Positions 28,554 to 41,363 of a stretch of 64,000 nt of DNA are shown here, piece after piece. Made by a program: the position numbers and the translations under genes. This stretch comes from Octopus sinensis. Taxonomy: Eukaryota. Every line of letters starts with the position of its first letter. The first letter of the stretch is position 1. Under the pieces are notes generated by a model. That model was not told where the DNA came from. It saw nothing but the letters and a program-made list of their open reading frames with translations, and made no database searches. The DNA lies in assembly GCF_006345805.1 (NCBI RefSeq), contig NC_043017.1, positions 21,762,001 through 21,826,000 of the forward strand, given 5' to 3'.

Positions 28554-28588
<35 letters not shown>

Positions 28589-29545
28589 AAAGGTAATAAC
28601 AGAAAATTAATTTCATAAACACCAGATCTTGAATTGCTGTCAGGGATCAGCACGGTAACATTCATAGAAGTTATTTAAGAAGTGACTGAACAAGTTAGCT
28701 AAACAGAACCCTTCAAATAAGATCAATACATTCTGAAATCAATCACCGATACAGGATGTTGACTTAAACCAAGATAAACAGTGGAAGCATTTTTAATTTG
28801 AAATGTGTGTCTAATATGAAGGAAAGCTGATATTTACAGTGTTTGCTAATCAACCATAAAGATTTGGGAAGTAAACCAACAGGGGCACTGCTATACAGCC
28901 ACTTGACCTGTTAGAAATAGGAGCTAAATCTTTCTTAAAATACACACTATCATTTTTAGAAATGTAGAAACATATGAGATGATGTCTCCTCACCAGTGTC
29001 AACATCATCATTGACATTTTAGTGTTTATTTTTCTATGCTTGCATGGGTCAGGTGAATTCAATGAAGTAGATTTTTCTACAGCTGGATGCCCGTCCTGTC
29101 ACCAACCCTCAATATTTCTGTGCAACGTAACATAGCTAGAAATATTTTTAGAAAACATTGGAAATGAAGTGACTCTATGAAAGTGACACTTGTTTACGAC
29201 TATTACAGGGTGTTGTAACAAGGAGACAGTCACGGACGTGCACACCAACACACACACGAACACACACACACACACACACATACACAGACACACACACACA
29301 CACACACAAAATAGATTTCTTTCAATTCCAGTTTACCAAATATACTCACAAGTCCAGCAGTAAATAAACAGAAGGCACAAGCATAGCTGTGTATGTGAGG
29401 TGTTCATTTCATAGCCCATAAATTTGGAGTCAATCCCACCTTGAGAAAATGTCTTCTGCTACAGCCTCAGACTGTCCAAATCCTTGTCAGTGGATTTGGT
29501 TGAAAGAAACTTGATATACTGTTGTGTCTGGGGAGAGTCATTTTC

Positions 29546-29690
29546 TTTTTGTGCCTTATAATGTAACATACTCGCTGGTAAAATTTCCGCCTTATAATGT
29601 AACACACTCACCGGTAAAATTTCCACTTATTTCTTATTAAGAAATAAGTGGAAATTTTACCAGCGAGTGTGTTACATTATAAGACACAAA
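29546..29690. repeat. Palindrome (46 bp arms, 1 nt loop) with an extra tandem copy of the left arm
   Basis: 29591-29636 pairs with 29638-29683; a partial left-arm copy lies at ~29546-29588. Confidence 0.9.
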
Positions 29691-29783
29691 AAAAAAATTA
29701 CTCTCCCCAGACACAACAAAATATGCTTCAACACACAAACTCATATAAAGAATCTTGCAAACTAAATCCAAAAGCGAAACTTG

Positions 29784-29816
<33 letters not shown>

Positions 29817-32032
29817 ATATTATCAGGGGCATATATTCTGGATGTGCTAGGTGTGTGTTGCACACCCAACGAAAATGGCAAAATTCATTATGAATATTAA
29901 TCTTATTTATTTAATCACAAATCTGAATGCAAAACTTGTTATATCCCTGCTTGAAATCTGGTGGCATTGGTTGTGGCAGCACACCCAATACAACAACCAC
30001 CATACACCACTACAAACAACATTTTTAATTTGAAATGTGTGTCTAATATGAAGGAAAGCTGTTGACACCACTGGATTGAATGGTTCTGCCCAAGTGTCGA
30101 AACTATAAGGATATCCATGGGGCAGCTAATGATGGAGGTTTGTTGGATTGTTGGTATGGCTTTTTTTGTTTATGTGGAATAGCGTTATAACACATCTTTT
30201 TGATATATATATATGGACTGGCTCCTGTGCAGGTGGCATGTATAAAAGACCATTTGAGCATGGTCGATGCCAGTACCGCCTGACTGGCCCTCGTGCCGGT
30301 GGCACGTAAAAGCACCTAGTACACTCTCAGAGTGGTTGGTGCAAGGAAGGGCATCCAGCTGTAAAAACCAAACCTAAACAGACTATGAAACCTGGTGCAA
30401 CCCCCTGGCCTTGTCAGTTCCAGTCAAGCAGATCAACCCATGCCAGAATGGCAATCAGGTGTTAAATGATGATGAAGATGATGATGAGGATGATGATGAT
30501 GATGATGAAAATATTCCAATCCTACACTGATTCCTCTCATCAACCAGTCCAACTCAGTTTGACAGTGATGAGCGAAGAGACGGTGAAGATGGTGAACTCA
30601 ACGATGCTAGCTCAGAGCTAAACTGATGCGATGTTCTGCTTGTAAGTAGGAATATAAATAGAATTACAGCAGATGCATTGAATTCTTTGAACAAGTTCTC
30701 AGTACAAAGAGAGGATGGAGGAGTCGGTGGGAGATAAGGAGGGCCAAATAACATTTAAGGAGCTATTTTCCTAACGATATAATTAATGTAATGTTTATAA
30801 ATGCCTCTTCATTTGGTTGTTTTAAAAAGAAATGTGTAATATCTACTTGCATGAAAATTGCTTTTAAATACTATTAATAAAAACCATTTACTTCGTTGGT
30901 GCAGTCCAATGCTTTACACAATAGAAATCTTTGATATTTCTCTTATGCCAATTAACTTCCATCTTGACAAGATTGCTGAAGAAATGTTTGTAAAAGTCAA
31001 GCTAAAGGCAATATTTATTACTAGTTACTACAGCGCTACAGTTGTTGCTGCTATTGTTGTTGTTGTTATTGTTGCAGGTGGTGGTGGTACTAGTCTTGGT
31101 AAAGTTCTTGTTTTCCTTTTCTTTTCCCTTTTTTTTTGTTTATTAGTGTTATTTGTGTTGTTGTTTCCCCCCCCCTTTCCCTTTTATTCTTCTCTCTTCC
31201 CAAAATAAATGCTAAAATGTTTTGACTGAATTCCTTACAGGCAGATATAACAAGAACTGTACTAAAAGTGCCGAATAATTTTATTGTATGTTCGTAGATC
31301 CACATTGGTACATAACTCTATCACCAAGCTACAACAACAACAACAAGTGTTTCAGTGATTGCATTACCATCTTTATTCCTTTTGTATTTTTATTTTCTTT
31401 TGTGTTTTTATTGGTGGCAAAAGGTGCTAATAACATTTGCATATTTTGAGACCCCCTACTTCAGTACAGCAAAATAACAATTATTTCGTTTCCCTTTGGT
31501 TATTTTTTCTGCCTCTTTCTCGAAGCACAAGCATGGCTCTGTGACTAGGAAGTTTGTTTTGCAACCATGTGGGTTTTAGGTTCAGTTCCATTGCAAAGTA
31601 CCTTTGGCAACAAGTGTTTTCTATTATAGCCCCCCAGGGTGACCAGTTTGGTAAACGGAAACTGTGTGGAAATGTGGAAGCCCATTGTATGTGTATCTCT
31701 ATATATGTATATATATATATGTGTGTGTATATGGGTGTATATACATATGTACTTCCCTATCTATCTATCTATCTATGTCCCTCTCTCTTTCTCTCTCTCT
31801 GTATTTGTGTATATATATTTACACACACACACACATATATATAATTCGAAGAAAGTTAGAAGTTGTGAATCCAACCAACTAAGGGATAATATCTATCCAA
31901 TATACTGCTGGTAGAATACCCAATTATTACCCAATTATTAACACACAAGTGTTTTTTCATTGCATGGCAATTACAATACTGAATGTAATAAATGGGTGAG
32001 GGTGAAAAGTTGTTTTACCCTTAAATTATATG

Positions 32033-32411
32033 GCAATAAGAAGATGGAGGGGATCAGGAGGTGGTATTCATCAACTTTTAGACATTATGTTATGTCTATT
32101 TATTAATTTAAAAAAAACAAACAATTATAATAATATACATACATGTATAACAGATTATGCTTTACATATATAAAAATACCAATATATATTAAAATATTTA
32201 ACGTAGAACATAGAAAGTAGAATAGTAGAAGAGTTATATGTTCTAAGTTATATATTTTAATAATTACTGGTATTTTTATATATGTAAAGCATAATCTGTT
32301 ATACATGTATGCATATTGTTATAATTGTTTTTTTAAATAAATAAAAAGACATAATATAATGTCTAAAAGTTGATGAATACCACCTCCTGATCCTCTTCAT
32401 TTTCTTATTGC
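32033..32411. repeat. Long near-perfect hairpin (~180 bp arms, 24 nt loop)
   Basis: 32033-32212 is the reverse complement of 32237-32411, with about 12 substitutions and one ~5 nt bulge. Confidence 0.95.
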
Positions 32412-33138
32412 TGTGTATATATATATATATATGTATATATATGGCTGTGTGGTAAGTAACTTTGGCATAAGAGACTGATAAAATAAGTACTAGGTTTTAA
32501 AAAAGTAAGTCCTAAAACCCTTCAAGTTATATCTTTATGATGAGCTTGGATATTAATTTCCTTACATTATTAATAATAATAATATATTATTAAAAAATAT
32601 GTGTGTATATGTATATATATATATATAAATATACACATACACATATATATGTACATATACATATATAAATATTTATATACATATATATATGACTAAATTT
32701 CATTGGCAACGTGTTAAGCCTTTTATTCAAACTTCACCGCAGCTTAGAGAGCATGTCAAACTGGCTACTCTCCGGCTATTCTGATGCTAAATCTCATTTC
32801 TTAACAGGTTAACCCTTTCAAGAACATGGCTAAAAGCAACATCAATAATTCACTGATACATATTGCTCTTCACACTGTTAATCCTATTTTAAATTAGTTA
32901 ATCCTTCACATTTCACACCCATTGACGCATGTCATGTATAACGACCACTACACATAAAATATAGATTCAAAATGAGTTAACCTTTACAAGTCTGGAGCTG
33001 ACAGAAAATATAACTCATAGCAGCTACAGCCACTTCAGGCAATCCAGTTATTGCTAAGCGGTGGTGCCAAAGACAAATTTCACTGTAATTCTTCATAGCC
33101 TTCTTGTTACATATTCGTCAATAATGAAATTTTTTAAA

Positions 33139-33530
33139 AATCATCATCACCATTTAGCGTCCGCTTTCCATGCTAGCATGGGTTGGACGGTTCAACTGGG
33201 GTCTGGGAAGCCAGAAGGCTGCACCAGGCCCAGTCTGATCTGGCAATGTTTCTACAGCTGGATGCCCTTCCTAACGCCAACCACTCCGTGAGTGTAGTGG
33301 GTGCTTTTTACATGCCACCGGCAGAGGTGCCAGATAGGGCTGGTAAACGGCCACGGTCAGATGGTGCTTTTTACGTGCCACCGGCACAGGGGCCAGGTGA
33401 GGCTGGCAAACGGCCACGGTCAGATGGTGCTTTTTACGTGCCACCGGCATGGAGGCCAGTTGGGGTGGCGCTGGCAAAGGCCACGATCGGATGGTTTGCT
33501 TACATGCCACCGGCACTGATATCACAGCTG
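33139..33530 (-). mobile_element. Family C VNTR repeat, four units
   Basis: Reverse copy of the 2146-2573 family; motif spacing 63, 63 and 67 bp. Confidence 0.8.
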
Positions 33531-33609
33531 CAATTTCCATTGATGTTGATCGACTTCGATTTTGGTTGGTATGTAGAAATTAGTTAGTGTATACAGTACT
33601 TATACACCT

Positions 33610-33905
33610 GAAAGCACATGGCTCAGTGGTTAGAGCATCAGGCTCACAATCATGAGGTAGTGAGTTCAATTTCTGGACTGGGCTGTGTGTTTTGTCCTTG
33701 AGCAAGACACTTTATTTCATGTTGGTTCAGTTCACTCAGCTGTAGAAATGAGTTGCCATGTCACTGATGCCAAGCTGTATCAGCCTTTGCCTTTTCCTTG
33801 GATAACATCAGTGGCATGGAGAGAGGAGGCTGATATTTATGGGTGACCACTTGTCTTCCATAAACAACCTTGTCCAGACATGTGCCACGGAGGCAGACAT
33901 TAATG
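33610..33905 (+). mobile_element. tRNA-derived SINE, family D
   Basis: GGCTCAGTGGTTAGAGC head and GTGAGTTCAAT B-box; reverse copy at 53040-53382. Confidence 0.75.
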
Positions 33906-33984
33906 GATGATGATGATGACGACAACACATAACAATGATGTTCTCCATCACCATTCTCTCCTCATTCAGCGATCACTTATACAG

Positions 33985-34225
33985 AGTCTTGAATCCAGAA
34001 GTGGTTTATATGATCAGAAATATATTTTCAAAGCATTCATGGTGTCAAAGTGAGGATCTGATGAAAGACTTTGCAGTTAAAAAAAAAAGTAGGACGAAAC
34101 CTTTCAAGTATAAATTAAGTGAAAATGTACAAGAATAAACATTATTTTCCATTTTACAGTTAGTTTTGTTCCATTTTGAAAAATAAAAATTTATTTATGG
34201 TTTATTGTTGTTTATGTTTTGAATA
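33985..34225. repeat. Dispersed repeat remnant (second copy 60270-60495)
   Basis: Two similar ~240 bp segments; class unknown. Confidence 0.6.
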
Positions 34226-34268
34226 ATATATATTTGGGGACACTTAGAGCCTCTATGGGTTTTAAATC

Positions 34269-36365
34269 TGTTGTATAGTGAAACTGTATACCCTTCTTGG
34301 TAAAAAGTGGTAGGAACCAGCCACTATAAATAGACCTGTAACTGGTTGTCAAGAGAGGGTTCAGAGTCAAAGAGTTGAGAATCGATAGTTCTAGTTGGTG
34401 TCTTGTTTAGCTATCAGCAATAGTAAGACAGAAGAAGTTAGTGTATTACCATTTTGGTATGAAGAAATACAGTAGTATCCAATGACTAATAACTATTTTG
34501 GATACTAGCATAAAACAGCAACTACCGTACAACAACAGTCACACATCACACCAGGGGAGGAACCCACTTTACAACAGTGGTGACGAGGAAAAACAAATTT
34601 ATACGAAATTAATAAAAGACATTCACACAGAGAGTTTAAACTAATTCATGTGAAAAATTAAATAGCTTGACAAAAAGAAACAAGAATCTTGTGTGCAAAT
34701 TTATGAAAATCGTAAAATTTGGAAGACTTGTTAGCTGTGGTATTTGACTTGCAAAAACAGCAACAACAAGTCAAAGAACAACGAGAACAACAATATGAAT
34801 TGCAGCAGCAAATATTACAACTAATTAAGTTGATAACCAAACCGGAAAATACATTTTTGTCTGACCGTGTAGCAAATTCTATTAGCGAATTCAAATATAA
34901 CCCCAGAGAAGGAGCAACCATCGAGGCTTATTTTCAAAAATTTAAACAAATTTTTGGAAAAGAATACCAGGATTGAACAGACAACATAAAAACGCATCTA
35001 TTTTAAGAAAACTAGCCACAGCACAGCATGAGAAGTATAGTAACTTCATATAACCAAAAAAAGCATCCAACATAAATTTCACCAACACAGTTGACATTTT
35101 GTGCAAAATGTTTAGTGAAAAGAGCTCACTGTTTAGTACTAGATGGACATGTTTAAACATAGAAAACGGTGAAGATGAAGACTTCACTACTTACACAGGC
35201 AGAGTCAATAAAGAATGTAAGAGATTTATATTGGATATGCTTACTCCAGATTCTTTCAAGTGTTTGATTCTTGCACAAGGATTTACAGATAAAAGGGATG
35301 AAAAATCCGAATGAAAATTCTAGGAAAACTGGAATTGAACCAGGATTTGACATTGCAGAAACAGATTTTGTATTCTGTTAGTTTAAAAGATTCTGCGAGA
35401 TTTTCACGTAAGAGCAAAAGACTACAGCACCGTATCACCCTAGATTGAATGGAAGGGCCGAACAGTTCATGGACACTTTTAAGAGAGCTTTAAAGAAAGC
35501 CATGGATATGAGGTCATGACCCAACAATTCTTAAGGGTATACAGGTAACTCTGACCCCAAATGCGCCAGCAGGAAGTTCACCAGCAGAATTAATGTTTGC
35601 CAGAAAAGTGAAGTCAGTATTCAATAAACTGTTACCAGTGAAGAAAAAAATATGTGCTAGTAAAGACATGCCAAAATTCTTTAGAATTGGTGATAAGGTA
35701 TATGTAAGGATGTACAAAAATGGCAAGTGATACTGGGAAGAAGGAGAAATTGTAACATTCATAGGAAGAATGATGTATGGTGTAAGAAACAGAAGTGGAA
35801 TGGAAAGGAGACATAGAAATTAGCTTAAGGGAAGGAACAAACAAGAGTAGAAATACTGATGGATTGGCGATATGACATTTTTCAGGCTTTAGCACTGTTA
35901 CAAGAAGTTGAAATCACATGTACAAGGAAAAAGAAGAACACTGAATTCCTAAAAGTAGACCCTGAGAAAAAAAGATATTGAGTATATATGAAAAAAAAAA
36001 AGGAGTAGGTGGGGTGAATAAAAGAAATTGATTGTTAAATAAAATAATCAAAAGGGAGATGTGCAATGAAACTGTGTACCCCTCTTAGTAAAAAGTGGTA
36101 GGAACCAGCCATTATAAATAGACCAGTAGCTAGTCGTCAAGAGAGTGTTGAGAGTCAAAGAGTTGAGAATGGACAGTTCTAGTTGGTGTCTTGTGGAGTT
36201 ATCAGCAATAGTAAGACAGAAAAAGTTAGTGTATTAGTATTCCTGTACAAAGTGAAGCAATGGTATCCGTTGACTCGTAACTATTGTGGTTACTAGCATA
36301 AAAAAGCAGCAACAATACAATGGCAGTCACACATCACACCAGAGGGAAGAACCCACTTTACAACA
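34269..36365 (+). mobile_element. Internally deleted Ty3/Gypsy LTR retrotransposon
   Basis: LTRs at 34269-34576 and 36060-36365 (TG...CA), PBS TGGTGACGAGG, PPT AAAAGGGAGA, near-TSD aaatc/aaacc, broken gag (ISEFKYNPREGATIEAYF) and integrase remnant (TAPYHPRLNGRAEQFMDTFK). Confidence 0.9.
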
Positions 36366-37121
36366 AAACCAGCCCTGCCTATAGGGTGTGTAGCTCACCT
36401 ACTATAACAGGTACCTGAAATAATTATCAAAAGTGTGGTACCATCCTCCAGGTACCTGCTCACTCGCATCTGACAACTAAGCACAATAATCCTTCTTTTC
36501 AAGATTTCTGTCACATCAAGGGTGCAATGCACCAATGGTTGTCAAACAGTGCATCATACCACACTGGTGCAGCGCAGTTGAGGCATCAAGCATGCACTGA
36601 AGATTTTTAAAAAGATAACGTAATGCTTTAGAACATCCTTACTAATGGTTGAGTGGCTTGGAATGCAATACGTGAGGTTCTTAATTTTGTTGCACACATA
36701 AATGTTCCATAAAATAATGTTTTCCATATTTGTTATTTATCATTTATTTTTTATTTGCATATTTTTTAACTTCAAAACAGTTCCTTTGGGGGTTTTTTTG
36801 TTAAATTTTTTGTTAAACTTACCATGTGAATTGCAGCTATAATTTTCTGTTTGATCTCTGTGGTACCATAAAATCAAAACATGTTTGAGAAACACTGGCA
36901 AACATGACCCACATACATACATAAGTACATACATACATACATACATAAATACATACATACATACATAAATACATACATACATACATGCATACATACATAC
37001 ATACATACATAAATACATACATACATACATAAATACATACATACATACATGCATACATACATACATACATACATACATACATACATACATGCACACATAC
37101 ATACACACATACATACATACA

Positions 37122-37154
<33 letters not shown>

Positions 37155-37426
37155 GCATGCATGCATACATACATACATGCATATATACATACATACATAT
37201 ATATATACATACCTACATACACACATACATACATACTGCATATATGCATAAACACAAATACATATACATATGTATATATACATACACACATATATATATA
37301 GACACACATACGTATATATATATACCTATAGACATACACATGACCACATATACACACACATATAAATGTTAGGTCTGTGGCCATCCTGGTGCGTATATAT
37401 ATATATATATATATACATATATATAG

Positions 37427-37471
<45 letters not shown>

Positions 37472-38359
37472 GTATGTATGTATATATATATTTAAAACCC
37501 TCCTTCCCTTCTTTCCTGAGCGTCAAATAATACTTTATTTGTTCCACGTCCTCGCGTTGCTGTGTTTTTTCTGTGTTTTCTTGTTTGGATTAACTATATA
37601 TATATATAGGTATGTATATATATATGAATAGATAGATAAATAGGTAGATCTCTATACATTATAAATATAAAAGTGTTTGGTATATGGACCTATTTTATTT
37701 TTATAGCTTTTAAGCCGTCTTTTAAATGTGGTTTACTCACATGTAACACATTCCCCCATGCATCCCACACCAAGCAAATACAAACATGCACACACACACA
37801 AGCATACACATACCTACACACTTTCACATACCTTCACATCCATTCCCACACACATACACACACACACACATGTAATTCCCACAAAATCCATGTAAATCCC
37901 ATACATGTACAATCACGTTAGAACACAAGTGGGATATTTTTCAGCTTTGTTTTTTTATAAACAAGCCAGATTGCTATCTTGGAAAATTAAACCAAATTTC
38001 CGACATTTAATTGATTAAGAAGTTAATAGCGGAACATATCATTGACTGAATATTACAGGATACTATTTATTGATCTGATCGTTAATATGATAAAGAAGAA
38101 TGAAAAAGAAAAAAGAAAAAAAAAAGTAAGTGAAACAAAGGAAAAGAAAAAAAAGGAAGAAACAATGGCTGACTTAGTAATCTAGTAAGGATCGGATCAA
38201 TAGAGGGAAAAAACAGCAACAAGGAAACAATGAACGGGTCTGCTGATCTTATTTTGGTTATTGATCTGGTTTGAACCTAATCTGTAACAAGAGAGATATG
38301 TTGGTGATAAATAGCTACATACATACACATTTATAAATATATATACATACACACATACA

Positions 38360-38391
<32 letters not shown>

Positions 38392-38759
38392 CATATACAT
38401 ATATATATATATATATATAACGGGGAGCTTTATATATATATATATACCGGAGTAAACACATAAATGTGAAACAAGGTGGAAAAAAGAGTACTCAAATACC
38501 AGGGGTAGAGTAATATGCTTTTAATTAAAGTATATATATATATATATATATATGGAGAGAGAGAGAGAGAGAGGGAGGGTGGAGGGAGAACATTGGGTAC
38601 CTATTTATATTGTATTTGCCTATGTGTATATTTATATATATAGATAAGTGTGTGTGTGCATATGTGTGTGTGTGTTTACATACTACTAGCATACTACCGG
38701 TAAATGACAACTCTGAGTTGCTTCAACACACTGCAGGCTCAACACCATGCATCTAGCTA

Positions 38760-39545
38760 TGAAGACCCTATGAAAGCCTTCCAAACTGAAGGTGTCCAGG
38801 ATCTTTGCCACAACCTGCTCCATCTTCTCCTTCAGTTTGAGGAACAGGGAACAAAGTCAGAACCATAAGGGGCAGTGAGTGAGGGACCATTTTGATGTCT
38901 ATTTCTGTCAAGTAGTTGGTTACCAGGATGGAATTGGGGACTGGTGTATTGTCCTGGTGCAGGTGCTCTAACACTCTGTGATGAAATCTGTTCCAGAACT
39001 CCTTCAAAACCTCCACAAAGCACTCTTTGTTGGCCATCCAACCAGAGGGAACCTTGTGGATGCAGGTGATGCCCTTGCTGTCAAAAAGGAGGATCATCAT
39101 GAGCTTCCCAGCGGCCTTAGTTTGCCTGGCCTTTTGTGCCAACAAAAAGCAGATGCTCAGCTCATACAAATTAATCCACCATAAGCATTTTCCTTCTTGA
39201 GCCATGCCTGGCTCATAAGGGTCGGTTTCTCGGTTTCTCGGTTTCCTGGACGGGACGCTGGTCAGTCACAAGTGAGCTGCAAGATGTAGGAGGAAAGAGT
39301 GAGAGAAAGCTGTGGCGAAAGAGTCAGCAGAATTTTGCCATTACCTTCTGCCGGAGCCACGTGGAGCTTAGGCGTTTCGCTCATAAACACACACATCACC
39401 CAGTCTGAGATTTGAACCCACGATTCTTCGACCACGAGTCCGCTGCTCTAACCACTAGGCCATGTGCCTCCACACCATAAGCATTTTGTAAGTGCCTGAA
39501 GCATTTTTGTCCAATTTAACACAAAGTTTTATTGCATAGCAAGCT
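38760..39545 (-). mobile_element. Degenerate mariner transposase fragment
   Basis: Translation GKLMMILLFDSKG...HLHQDNTPVPNSILVTNYL resembles the mariner catalytic domain; interrupted by a SINE. Confidence 0.7.
39192..39473 (-). mobile_element. Family E SINE with 14 bp TSD
   Basis: accataagcatttt at 39178-39191 and 39474-39487. Confidence 0.9.
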
Positions 39546-39559
39546 CCCATGTTGTCTAC

Positions 39560-40125
39560 AACTTGACAGTATTCTGAAAACCAGTCAGCTGTGACAAGTA
39601 GCGTTCAGTAGGATTCTGCACCGTCCTCAACATTTACTGGAGTGACTTCGTCACAAACATTGTAGTCTTGGAGTGGGCCGAGATCCTCAGCATTGAAGCC
39701 ACGCTACTGAAGTACCTCCTCCGATGGGCAGGGCATGTCTCCAGAATGGAGAACCATTGCCTTCCAAAGATTGCCACCGAGTGAGAGGAGTTCATAGGAA
39801 GCGCTACAAAGACTGCCTCAAGAAGTCTCTAACAGCATGTCAAATTAACCATCAATGCTGGTCAGACCTGGCTGCGGACCATGATGTCTGGCGCCACACG
39901 ATCTTCAACGCAGTCAGCAAGTTTGAGGAACAAAGAAGAGACGCACTTAAAGACAAGAGATGCAGGAGGAAGGCGTGAGCTGCCTCTGACACCACACTAG
40001 ATGTTACCTTCGTCTGTGGACACTGCTCACGGACCTGTCTTTCCCATATTGGTCCTGTCAGTAATGAGCGTGCATGCATGCAACGTGGAAAGCCTTCCTG
40101 ATCTTCATTCGCGAAGCCAAGCCAT
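39560..40125 (+). mobile_element. RTE-clade (BovB-like) LINE 3' fragment
   Basis: Broken frames give LRWAGHVSRME and KRYKDCLKKSL...W...AAD...WR, typical of the RTE C-terminus. Confidence 0.8.
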
Positions 40126-41257
40126 GCAAATGTAACAGTCATCTCCTTCAATTTGGAATTTTAAAATGCTGGAAAGTCAGCATATTAGATTATATTGGCT
40201 ATAATCTAAAATAACACTAATCTAGGGTACTCGTAAAATAGTTTCAAAACTTCTGGAATGCATCTTGTATATTTAAAAATAGATACACTCTGCATTTGAA
40301 ATGGTAACAATCAGATAAGCCATAAGCTTTCGACCATGTGGACAGAATCATTGCTTTATATGGAAAAATCAAGATAAACTATTTATTTATTTTTATTACT
40401 GTTTTGTTTTCACTTAATTGAATGTAATATGATACAGGATTGATTAAAACAGTGGATAGTGTGTGAGTATCCACTGTACAAAACAGGCAAATTATTATTG
40501 TTTTAGTTTGGCCCCTGTTTGTCTCTGATCAATTAAACCAATAACCAAAAGCATTCCAGCCATGACAAAACCACCAATTTTTTTCTTGTAGACTGTATAA
40601 CTATGATTATATTCCCTAACGTGTTCTCCCCTTTTTTAAAGGCTGATGTTTTAGTGTGATATGAGGGTGATTTAGCTGATATTTCTTGCAGGTCAAGTAA
40701 CCACATTGAAAATTCATCATTGTCTTTGGTTAATATCATTTTTGACACCTTTAATAAGGAGTCAGTTCAATCAGGGCTGACCTGATTACATAGAACTTTG
40801 ATAAAATGTGTTCCAACCATGACCTTCACGTTTTTCATTTCCTGCTTTCTTTCTGTCCAAAGCTAGTGTTCGTTGTATTCTTTATCTAATATGGTTGTGA
40901 CCTGTCCAGTCCTTGATGTTGTCAGACCAGAATTTTTTCTGTCTGTCTGTCTTTCACCATCAGCCAGCTCTGGTCAAACCCTCATCCAACTTACGTCGTT
41001 CATAAGCTAGAAATAACAACTAAACATCCCCCAAATTATTGCCAACTGTTTTTCAAAAAGGACCTCAACTGGTTAAAGTCAAGCAACTGACAAGCAAATC
41101 TGTGGTATTGAGCAGAATATTTGTTGTAGCCCATCTTTTACACCAAGACAAAATGTGCCGTGAACATATTAACACTTCCGGTCAGTTGAGACCAGAAGCC
41201 ATGAGAACCACTGCTTAGCACTGCAACATGACAACCCACTGCTGCTGCTGCTGCTGT

Positions 41258-41306
<49 letters not shown>

Positions 41307-41316
41307 ATATCATCAC

Positions 41317-41363
<47 letters not shown>

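Noticed and set aside
31239-31305. Signal-peptide-like exon MWIYEHTIKLFGTFSTVLVISA
   Set aside because: Weak exonic donor context (CCT|gtaagg), phase 1, no other support.
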